This document shows, piece after piece, positions 1 through 9,690 of a DNA stretch of 32,000 nucleotides (within the stretch, counting starts at the first letter, position 1; each line of letters starts with the position of its first letter). The notes beneath the pieces are model-generated. The model made no database searches, was not told the DNA's origin, and saw nothing but the letters and a program-made list of their open reading frames with translations. The stretch is from positions 26,507 to 58,506 of the forward strand of contig BAAFSQ010000036.1 in assembly GCA_054661495.1 (NCBI GenBank), written 5' to 3'. The position numbers and the translations under genes are program-made. The stretch is from Zygophlyctis sp. KS116. Its lineage: Eukaryota > Fungi > Chytridiomycota.

Positions 1-1077
1 AACTCTTTTCTTTTTGATTTAGCTTCATTTAATCTCTCGTGAATTAATACTGCCTTTTGCTTCAAAGGATTATTTCGCACTTGCTTATATATTAATAATA
101 ATTATTTACAATCTGATATTCTGATATTTTCCTTTTTAAATCTACAATTTCTGATTGCTTGAAAGATATTTCATCTGCATATTTAGCGTAATCCACTTTC
201 AATTGATTATATTGTCGGCGCCTTTCAATATCCTGAAATTTACTAAAATGTAATTACCAATTGCTCAATTTGATCATCAGCCTTTTTCCTTTCTAACTCT
301 ATTTGTGCTTCAACATCTTTTAACAGATTTTCTTTACTAAGAATTTAGAAACCCAGACAGAATATTTACTGTTGCCTTTGAATAAAAATGTCATCTAAAA
401 CATGTGATTCACGTTGATTATTTGATTTCAAGACTTGATACTGAGCTTCAACTCCATCCAAATCATTATTTGTATTAATTTTATCCATGAGCATATTATA
501 ATCACCAAGTTGACCTTGTAGTTCCTTTAATTCATCACTTAAATCATCAGCTCTAATTGATCAAAATCTAAAATCTAATACTTATTCTCAAATGCCGCCA
601 CATTTGCATTCTCTTTTGTAACATTCTCAAATTCTGAATTTAATCGATTGATCTCATTAGTAAGTAATGAATTTTTCTGTCTTAGTTCGGCCATATAAAA
701 TGATTTATCTTTAATCATCCTTCCACCAGGACCTCCTATTTTCTTTTAAAATAGACTTTATACCTTGAATCTTCATTTTCACGCCTCCCAATCCCTGTTG
801 TGTGACTGGACGTTGTTGAATATTAATGCCTTGAATTAATAAAAACAAAATTACCTGTCTGAAGCCTGATTCCAGTTCCTGGTCTCATTCCAGTTCCTGG
901 TGGGATCATACCTTTAATTAATTTTCTAATCAGATACCAGATTGCTTATTAGCAGTTCCAGGTGGCATTTGAGACTGATTCTTTCCCCATGCTAAAATTA
1001 TTTACTAGACTATTACAGCTTCCAGCCCTTGACGATGGTCTATTTGCGAGTGAATTTGAAGGAGCTTTTCCATACAT
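1..1077 (-). CDS. IFT74: Intraflagellar transport protein 74, 5' part; multi-exon, runs off the window start
   Basis: Manual splicing on the minus strand from ATG 1077 (first intron 992-1016, 25 nt) gives MYGKAPSNSLANRPSSRAGS...PPGTGMRPGTGIRLQTGINIQQRPVTQQGLGGVKMK...GRMIKDKSFYMAELRQK...ADDLSDELKELQGQLGDYNMLMDK. RPVTQQGL, DKSFY and LQGQLxDYN are motifs I recognise from IFT74. Confidence 0.92.
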
Positions 1078-1193
1078 TTTCCAACTTGAAGGAACTTTAC
1101 ACGCGACTGAAAAGCAAACTACGCGCCCGTTTGCCATCAAGCCAATGACTAGAAGCATTCCAGTCACAAGCCGCATTCAAATTTAAAATTTCC

Positions 1194-2191
1194 ATGTTGA
1201 ACCTGTTAATACTATGCTTATCCATACTTTCTGTTCAATCATGGTGGTGGCCTTGGCGTAAACACGATCCATTGACTGAAATCCCATTTGTGTATTACAA
1301 TGATACAACTGGCGTTGACTTATCAATTTCGAAAAAACTTGTAAGTGAACTAAATCCATTAGCATTCTCTCTGTTGAAATTGATTGTCACTGGAATTAAA
1401 CTCCCAATCCCTAATCAGAACATTCGTAATTTAGCAACCGTTTACTTTGATGATGTTGTCTGTCATAAATTGCGTATTTTGAAGGATTTAGCGGCGCCTG
1501 GATTTTATTTGGGCGACGGATATGTTGGATATGCTATTAAATTTGATGCAATCTGTAGAACCCGGTACAAGGCTAGTGTGTCGTATGATTACTATTACTA
1601 AAATTAGAGTTATAAGCCCTGGTTGGGCTAATCTGTCATTGACAGGTGTCGTTGGAAATGCTCGTATTGCATTAAACTATGATAATCATTTGGAAATAAT
1701 TACTCCTAAAATTGATGAAATCGAATTAACTTTTAAACAAGTTGAAGTAATACTTAGTATTTAATATTTAGATTTTTGTAGATAATAGTCGAATGGCTAA
1801 TTTTGTTACAAAGTCTTTAAAAACTGTATTTCCAAAAATTGGTATTTATTTTTAAATTTAATTAATAGCTTCTGCTTTGTTTAAGCAATCAATAAAGAAT
1901 ATAATGGATTCAATGGCAGGTCAATTGAAAACTATGAATTTTGGTTGGAATAAGAGATATCATCCTATATTCTTATATGCGCCATTTATAAATCCTCAGA
2001 TAGTAAGGTTGAATGTTGCATTGGTCGAATGGAAGGGAAATTACTTGAGAGATGTGCAAGATCAGCATGCACAAGATGAAGAGGATGACCAGAGTTTTGA
2101 ACTAGATAGCAGTGTAGATGGTGATGATGACAGTCAAGAATATTTTGATGCCGTAGATGATATATTCAAAGATTCTAAAGAAATGCTTTGA
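1194..2191 (+). CDS. Secreted protein, possibly BPI/LBP (TULIP)-like lipid-binding domain, with acidic C-terminal tail
   Basis: Signal peptide MLNLLILCLSILSVQS. ORFs 1194, 1522 and 1877 join through introns 1583-1607, 1747-1771 (or 1757-1781) and 1842-1868. The gene is well supported; the BPI-like call rests only on a helix/long beta-strands/helix pattern. Confidence 0.45.
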
Positions 2192-2213
2192 AATACAAAA
2201 AGTGTATTTAGAT

Positions 2214-3905
2214 TTAATCAACACTACATCGTAAACAGAGCCATTGAGCACCAGTTTGAATAGTGTCTGGACCAACTTTAACACATTCTCCATGAAACCA
2301 TATCTCACAACTATCACAAGCAATCATAAACCTTCCAAAGTCTACAGTAGAATGTTGGCAAATACACTTTATTTGACTCTCGGAACTCGCAAGTGCAGGA
2401 GGGCCATTTTCTGATTTGACATTAGAGACTGAAGCATTTCCTAAAGTCTTGATAGAGGGTTCTGAAATAGGATTAATTGCCTCTACAGGCTTTTTAGAAT
2501 CTTGAGAAGGCCTTGAAATAGTTATTTTTAACGGTGAAGAAGTCTCCTTCTTGATCTTGAGTTTGATCTTTGCGGGTGAGCTAACCGGCTTATCTTTTGG
2601 AATATTTAAAGTAAATGGAGCTGCTATAGAAGATTTAGAGTTTTGTGTTTTTATGGAAACACTTTCAGACGTAGATTGAATTTGGGCAGAAGAGGGAAGA
2701 GATTTTTGTGCTACAAGAACTGGAGTAGTAAAAGGAACTTGAGATTGTGAAATTTCCATTTTCACATCCTCTTGATCTTCAGACTTCATATCCGCCTTTG
2801 AGTCTTGAGTCATTTCAGCATAAGTATTAATAATATCTTGATGAAACCGAATTGGATAATCAGAGGTAGACGGTTCCAATTTTGCAGCTTCTAAAGCCCG
2901 CAACTCTTTTCTCAATGCCTTTTTATCATCTTTATACTGAGGCAATGCCCTTTTACAACCATTTAAATCTGGAAGATAATAAGTGTGAATTTCCTCCAAA
3001 AGACCTAGCCCGAAACCTGCAATACTGGCCTCTGGAATAACTGTAGAATAGCGAATTCTATCTAAACAAGCCTTTTGAAGACATTGTAAAGTCATTAGAG
3101 ACATTGAAGGATCTACATGAAAAGTATCAGAATCAGAATCTAAACAAGACCTATAAGCACGACTAAATAACTTTCTAATTTTACTCTGAGCCTTCCCTCT
3201 AGATTTCCCTCCTTCCACTTGTTTAAAAACATGACCAACATATTCTGAAATAGTCCCTTGATAATAAACAGAATCAGAAAATTGACTTGGATAAAGAAAC
3301 AACTTCTTTTGCGAAGACTCTTCTTCTATTTCCTCTTCTTTCCTTTCCAAAATCATTGCTTCAGTCTCATCAGGAACTTTTTGAATAGTTTCAGGAGCAT
3401 AATCACTTCCTAAAAACCTATCAACATCTATAAATCTAAGACTCAGATAATAACAAGTACCTAGTGGAAACTGACCTGGTTCCATTCTAAAAAACCCAGA
3501 AATCTCTTTTGGAAGAGCCATTTTTTCTTCTTCAACAACTGATTTCCTTATCCCTAAAATCGCTTCAATAATAGCATTTCCAGACCCAGCGGTCGCAGCA
3601 CCTCTTTCCTTGTGCGCCTGAAGTTTATTAGTAGGAATTCTAATGCCCCACTTATCCCAATAGTTTGATAAGCTTTTACTAGATATGGCCATCTCTTCCA
3701 ATGCCAATATTGCATCAAAAATACTAATTTCAATAGAATCCCTTAAAAGTGATTTCTCCACCGTCAATTCACCCAAAAGTGAAAGATATCGCTCAGCAAT
3801 ATCGATCAATACAGAACAAGCGCTGGATGATATTCCGTCAAATCCAGAATCCTTTGCAATCTGTGCAATAATGATCTTTAGTAAAGATTTTGAGAAATCG
3901 CTCAT
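2214..3905 (-). CDS. TAF3: TAF3-like protein: N-terminal bromodomain-associated (BTP) histone fold plus C-terminal PHD finger
   Basis: From ATG 3905: MSDFSKSLLKIIIAQIAKDSGFDGISSSACSVLIDIAERYLSLLG (BTP fold). C-terminus CICQ...MIACDSCEIWFHGECV...WLCLRC (C4HC3 PHD). Probable in-frame 33-nt intron at 3428-3460. Confidence 0.75.
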   Translation of the reverse strand: MSDFSKSLLKIIIAQIAKDSGFDGISSSACSVLIDIAERYLSLLGELTVEKSLLRDSIEISIFDAILALEEMAISSKSLSNYWDKWGIRIPTNKLQAHKERGAATAGSGNAIIEAILGIRKSVVEEEKMALPKEISGFFRMEPGQFPLGTCYYLSLRFIDVDRFLGSDYAPETIQKVPDETEAMILERKEEEIEEESSQKKLFLYPSQFSDSVYYQGTISEYVGHVFKQVEGGKSRGKAQSKIRKLFSRAYRSCLDSDSDTFHVDPSMSLMTLQCLQKACLDRIRYSTVIPEASIAGFGLGLLEEIHTYYLPDLNGCKRALPQYKDDKKALRKELRALEAAKLEPSTSDYPIRFHQDIINTYAEMTQDSKADMKSEDQEDVKMEISQSQVPFTTPVLVAQKSLPSSAQIQSTSESVSIKTQNSKSSIAAPFTLNIPKDKPVSSPAKIKLKIKKETSSPLKITISRPSQDSKKPVEAINPISEPSIKTLGNASVSNVKSENGPPALASSESQIKCICQHSTVDFGRFMIACDSCEIWFHGECVKVGPDTIQTGAQWLCLRCSVD

Positions 3906-3913
3906 ACAAAAAC

Positions 3914-4836
3914 TCAATTTATTCCCAAACCTATCAATAGCGCCAGGCCTCCAAGAGAATATAAAACTAACGGATCCATTTGATTTAGACTTTCAATCCC
4001 TTTAGAAATATAATCTAATCCATAAAATACGCTAGGCGACAGCAATTGCATGCATGATTTACCCAAAACTTTATAAAACGTAATTGATTTTAAAGATGAG
4101 AGTAAATCAAGAAATGAGTTGATCAATTCTTGATTCCAAAATCTTGATTTGAATTCACTATAACATGTCCCAAAAGTATTTTCAAAAGATGTCTGATTAG
4201 ACAAGAATATTCCAAGACAGACTACAGAAATTGTAATTACTAGAGTCATGTATTGTGCCAAATTAATCATTTTGAATTCGACATCTTTGGAATTTACTAC
4301 TAGTATTTTGGTTTCAGATTTTTGAGAAAAATCATCTGCATCTTTCTTATTTTCTTTTGCTTGAGAGTCCCAAAATTCCTTTAGTTCTGATACACGAGTC
4401 TAACATTACTGGTTTAAAATACCTTGATTGAAGACCGTATTCCAGGTAAAGAAGGAGAAATAAGAAATCTTTCCAATGTTGGAGGCTTTATAGACTGAGT
4501 ATCAATCGGATGGATTTTAGTGGGTGTAATTTCAATCGTTTGTTTGACTCGTTTTCGGACAGGAGAACTATCTCGTGTAGCAGAGTGTTTAATACTTTCA
4601 ATAGCTGGATCATACTGAAATTGTATTCCATTATCAGAGGCTTCAACAGCGTTCAAGTCGTTCAAAATCCTTGTTGCATTAGCTTTAAGTTCTCTGTCAA
4701 ACAAGTCTAAATAAACGTATTTTCTTTGACTAGTCCCGGGGAGCTTTACATTATGGAATGAAAGTATAGACGTTAACTGAGATATTGTCAGTTTTTTAGA
4801 ATCAAATCCAGGCTTCAAGTAGTAATATGATTCCAT
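3914..4836 (-). CDS. HeH/LEM-domain membrane protein (Heh1/Src1-type N-terminus, two predicted TM segments)
   Basis: YLKPGFDSKKLTISQLTSILSFHNVKLPGTSQRKYVYLDLF fits the fungal HeH domain pattern. A 23-nt intron (4400-4422) joins ORF 4414-4836 in frame to ORF 3914-4270, which has two hydrophobic segments. Confidence 0.75.
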
Positions 4837-4874
4837 GACTTAATTCCGAATATAAATACCGATTTTGATCATTT

Positions 4875-5504
4875 ATGTCTGAAAAGTCTTTGAAAATTGG
4901 TATTTTTGGTGGGACTAGAGGTGTTGGTTTTTGTGCTTTACAGCAAGCATTGGAATTTGGACATTTTGTCACAGTTTTAGCAAGAAATCCGGACATTTTA
5001 AACAACTCTTTCAGTCATAAGAATCTGTTAGTTATTAAAGGAGATGTTTTGGATAAGGATGCAGTAGAGTCTGTTGTTAATGGTCAAGATGTAATTATTA
5101 ATTCACTTGGGAGTAAAGCAGGATTAGATGTTAATGTCTGTTCACAAGGTACAAGAGTTATTTTACAAGCAATCAAGGATTTAAACGTAAAAAGAATTCT
5201 TTCGGTTACTTCATTTGGAGTTGGAGACTCATACAAGGACGCTAGTTGGGCAGTCCGAATCTTTTTGTGGATAATTCGTAAAGCGATTGCAGATAAGGAA
5301 CTTGAAGAAGAAATGATAAAGGGATCAAAATTAGAATGGGTTATTCTTAGACCTACTGGATTAACAGATGGTCCTATTGGAGATTATAAAATCGGATGTA
5401 ATATCCCTGCATCAATGTCAGTCACGAGAAATAATGTTGCAGATGCGCTATTAAAGCAAATAACTAGCAACGAATTCTTATACAAGTGTCCAACAGTAAC
5501 TTAA
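4875..5504 (+). CDS. NAD(P)H-binding atypical SDR, flavin reductase/biliverdin reductase B-like; intronless
   Basis: Rossmann motif IGIFGGTRGVG, then GHFVTVLARNP, GDVLD...V.GQDVIINSLG, LEWVILRPTGLTDGP and VTRNNVA. Confidence 0.88.
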   Translation: MSEKSLKIGIFGGTRGVGFCALQQALEFGHFVTVLARNPDILNNSFSHKNLLVIKGDVLDKDAVESVVNGQDVIINSLGSKAGLDVNVCSQGTRVILQAIKDLNVKRILSVTSFGVGDSYKDASWAVRIFLWIIRKAIADKELEEEMIKGSKLEWVILRPTGLTDGPIGDYKIGCNIPASMSVTRNNVADALLKQITSNEFLYKCPTVT

Positions 5505-6137
5505 CGTAAAGATGGAAAGTTTCTACAAGATAATATTTGACCTTTAAGTTTCCTGATCTCTGATTTTAATTTTTCATACTCTGAGTAACCTTGAGTGATT
5601 GGAATATATGTTTCTGAACTTTTATTAGAAATCATTAATTACCTGAGATATACAAAAACCTCCTCTGATGTATCTTTGGCTATTTTTAATAATTTTACTT
5701 CATGATCAAATCTAGAGCAGCTCTTATGAATATTATCCAGCTTTTCTAAAGTGGTTTCTAATCCTTGAGTTATTAAAGGCGATCTTTGATTAGTTTTGAG
5801 CTTTGAAAGTTTAGAAACAATATCCTTAATTTTAGATTGGTTTGTCTGCTTTCGCTTGTTTAATTCCATGCAAAAGTTGTAAAGCTTCTAATGATTTAGA
5901 TGACATAATTACCAAAGATCCTAAACATATTGCAGATAATAATGATATTCCAACTGCAGTTTTCCCAATCATGGCATTACTCAACAAACTACTCAAAGTT
6001 TTCAATTTCCCAATGTCCGGATTTGGTTGCAGGGATTGTACAATGGCCAATGATTCATCTGGTTGAATATCATCATTAGCGGTCATAATCCCATTCATCA
6101 GTGTATCAGTCACTGGCTCATTGTTTAGATCTTGCAT
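5501..6137 (-). CDS. Single-TM coiled-coil protein of about 195 aa, Pex17/Pex33 (Pex14/17)-like peroxin candidate
   Basis: Introns 5888-5912 (25 nt) and 5619-5642 (24 nt) join ORFs 5832-6137 and 5639-5869 to a last exon ending EKLKSEIRKLKGQILSCRNFPSLR*. This resembles the EIRxxKGxLLSxRNFP end of fungal Pex14/17 proteins. The start codon is uncertain. Confidence 0.5.
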
Positions 6138-6321
6138 ATTAGTCCTAGGTTTGTGTCAACTGTTGTCATTGTAGCATGACTCTCTGGCAAAATTAAAGAT
6201 TAACTAGCTCAAATAAAAAAAAATTATAAAGAATGTATTGTTGAGTTGATCAATGACATTCAATTAGTAGGATTTACAATGACTGATGAAACCTCGCACC
6301 CTACGCACAAATTTTATTTTC

Positions 6322-9300
6322 ATGAAGAGAGATTTAGATGAAGCATTTGCAGTCTTTGAAGACGATGACGAGGATAATGGCATGCATTATGAGACTATAC
6401 CTGCATCAATGCATCCGGCCTTATCTGAACTAAAGAAGATGAAGCCAGATTTTGAAAAGACGGTTGAAATTACTGATGAAGTATCGCAGTCGGTTGATAA
6501 AGAATACACTGTCACTTCGGACTTTCAAGGTAAATCAGTGGCTGAGAAGGATCAGGTTGCATCAACTTTGGCTCAAGTATCAAACGATAAGATTGTTGTT
6601 AGCCATCAGGTAAAAGATATTTTTTATTGATTCAAGGTTCGCCATCAAGTAGCAGTTCCAATGCATTATCCGTATGTTCCGCTATCATCACATACTCCTC
6701 CTGCAGTGCCCGCTAGGGAATATCCTTTTACTTTGGATCCTTTTCAGGAAACAGCTATTCATTGTATTCAAAGAAATGAATCGGTTTTAGTTAGTGCTCA
6801 TACATCTGCAGGTAAAACAGTTGTGGCGGAATATGCAATTGCTTGTAGTTTAAAAGAAAAACAACGAGTAATCTACACTAGTCCTATAAAGGTATGTTTA
6901 TGATTCTCTTATTAAAGGCATTATCCAATCAAAAATATCGTGAACTTCTTGCAGAGTTTGGAGATGTTGGATTAATGACTGGTGATGTGACAATTAATCC
7001 TTCGGCTTCTTGCCTAGTAATGACAACTGAAATTTTAAGATCCATGCTTTATAGAGGATCTGAAGTCATGAGAGAAGTTGCTTGGGTTATATTTGATGAA
7101 ATTCATTACATGAGGGATAAAGGTACCATAAATCAATTTAGCTAATGTTTTAGTCCGTGGAGTGGTATGGGAAGAAACTCTAATTCTTTTACCAGATAAA
7201 GTACATTACGTTTTTTTATCGGCTACAATTCCTAATGCTATGCAATTTGCCGAGTGGATTTGTAAAATGCACAAGCAGCCTTGTCATGTAGTTTATACAA
7301 ATTATCGCCCAACACCACTTCAGCATTATCTTTTCCCGGCTGGCGGAGAGGGTATTTTCTTGGTTGTTGATGAAAAAACTACATTCAGAGAAGAGAACTT
7401 CCAAAAAGCAATAGCGGCGCTTGGTGACAAGGAGCATAATAAACCAGCAAAAGCAAGAGGAAAAAGAGATAGGAGTACAAAGGGTCCGACAGATCTTTAC
7501 AAGATTATTAGGATGATTATGTCGAAAAATTATCATCCTGTAATTGTGTTTTCTTTCTCCAAACGCGAATGTGAAGGCAATGCGCTGGTTCTCTCCAAGA
7601 TGGATTTCAATGATGAAACAGAAAAAGATCTTGTAGATAATGTATTCAAAAATGCAATTCAATCGTTGAGTGAAGATGATAGAAGTCTACCTCAAATTGA
7701 ACATTTACTCCCATTGTTGAAAAGAGGAATTGGTATTCATCATTCTGGACTACTCCCAATTTTGAAGGAGGTGATTGAGATATTATTCCAAGAAGGCTTA
7801 TTGAAGGTTTTGTTTGCGACAGAAACTTTTTCGATTGGTTTAAATATGCCAGCTCGCACTGTTGTTTTTACTTCAGTCCGTAAATTTGACGGTGAAGGAT
7901 CGCGATGGCTTACTGGTGGTGAATATATTCAAATGTCTGGAAGAGCTGGTAGAAGAGGTCTAGATGATCGTGGAACTGTAATTCTTATGGTGGACGAAAA
8001 GATGGAGCCTGATGTTGCGAAAGGAATGTTGAAAGGTGAAGCAGATCATTTACTGTCAGCTTTTCATTTAACATATACAATGATTTTAAATCTTCTTCGA
8101 GTTGAAGGTGTTTCTCCGGAGCAGATGCTCGAAAGAAGTTTCTACCAATTTCAAAATGCATCCAGAATTCCAGAATTAGATAAAGATTTGGAAATTCTTC
8201 AGAAACGATATGATCATTTGCAAATTGAAGATGAAGGGACAATCGCTGAATACTATTCTTTAAGAAGTCAGCTTGAAATTTTCAAGAAAGATGTTCGTGA
8301 TGTTTTGAATCACCCCTCATATTGTCTTCCCTTTTTGCAACCAGGTCGATTGGCCAAAATCAGTATTCCTAACGTAAATAATGCTGAGTTGGAATTCGGA
8401 TGGGGTGTAGTTGTTAGCTTTCAGAAAACTGTATCCAAAAAAGGGAATGATGTTTCATCCATTACTGAAGGCCCGAAATATGTAGTTGATGTATTGCTGT
8501 ACTGTGCTGCCGGAACCGAAAAAGGAAGTAAAACAGCAAAGCCTTGCCCTGCTGATGAAACTGGAGATTTTGTTATCATTCCTTGTGACTTGTCTGCAAT
8601 TGATGGCTTAAGTTCTGTCCGTTTGCATACTCCAAAAGAACTCAAATCTTTTGACTCTAGATTACAACTATGGAAAACTTTGAAGGAAGTGCAAAAACGG
8701 TTTCCTGATAGCATACCTCTTTTAGATCCGATAGAAGATATGAAAATCAACGATGATGAGTTTAAAAAGCTTGTTAAGGTAAACATTTTTCCTTTTAATT
8801 CTATCAGAAAATTCAAGTTTTGGAAAAAAAACTATTTGAAAGCCCGCTTCAAAATTCACCCGAACTTGCTGAACGCTATGAACTATATGACTCAAAAGTT
8901 AAATTACTCAAAAAAATCAAAGAAATCAAGAAAAAGATTGGCGCTGCTGAGTCTATTCTTCATCTGGACGAATTAAAATGTCGCAGAAGAGTACTTAGAA
9001 GATTAGGTTATACATCCGAATCAGATATTATTGAAATGAAAGGAAGAGTTGCATGCGAAATTTCAGCAGGCGATGAATTATTATTAACTGAAATGATTTT
9101 CAACGGTGTATTCAATGATTTGACGGTCGAGCAAACAGTTGCCATGCTCAGCTGTTTTGTCTTTTCAGAAAAAGTAATTAAATCAAGTTTAACTTTAGAG
9201 CGACAATCCACCCAAGCTTCGTGAAGATCTATCTGGCCCATTACGAAAAATGCAGGAATCTGCGAGACGAATTGCAAAAGTTTGCCAGGAGTCAAAGCTG

Positions 9301-9576
9301 CCTGTAGATGAAGATCAATATGTGGGACAATTCCGTCATGAATTAATGGATGTTGTTTTTGCATGGTGTCAAGGGGCTAAATTCAGTCAAATCTGCAAGA
9401 TGACTGATGTTTTTGAAGGATCAATTATAAGATCAATGAGAAGGCTCGAAGAATTACTTCGTCAAATGGTAGTAGCCTCTAAAAATATTGGTAATTCTCA
9501 TCTGGAAGCAAAGTTTTCGGAAGGGATCACCAAGATCAAGCGTGATATTGTATTTGCAGCATCATTATATCTTTAG
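6322..9576 (+). CDS. MTR4: Ski2-like DExH RNA helicase Mtr4 (TRAMP/exosome cofactor)
   Basis: Motifs [35 protein letters not shown], an arch/KOW insert and C-terminal [11 protein letters not shown]. Five short introns near 6610, 6892, 7122, 8779 and 9174. Alternative in-frame ATG at 6286. Confidence 0.96.
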
Positions 9577-9690
9577 ATAATATTTTATTCTTTATAATAT
9601 CAAAAAGTTCTTGGAGATATATATTCTGAGTTTATTTTGTTGATTTTTTGTTGGAGTCCGCAGTTTCGGACACAATTTTGATCTTTAAAA

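Noticed and set aside
868-965. Repeated ccagttcc units in IFT74
   Set aside because: They encode the PGTG/PGTA repeats normal for the IFT74 N-terminus.
949-1186. ORFs 949-1176 (-) and 962-1186 (+) as separate genes
   Set aside because: The first is IFT74 exon 1 with upstream and intron read-through; the second is its antisense shadow.
3685-4005. Antisense ORFs (also 7216-7662, 8421-8816, 9008-9364, 21789-22064, 30610-30966 and similar)
   Set aside because: They lie opposite well-supported genes and show no recognisable domains.
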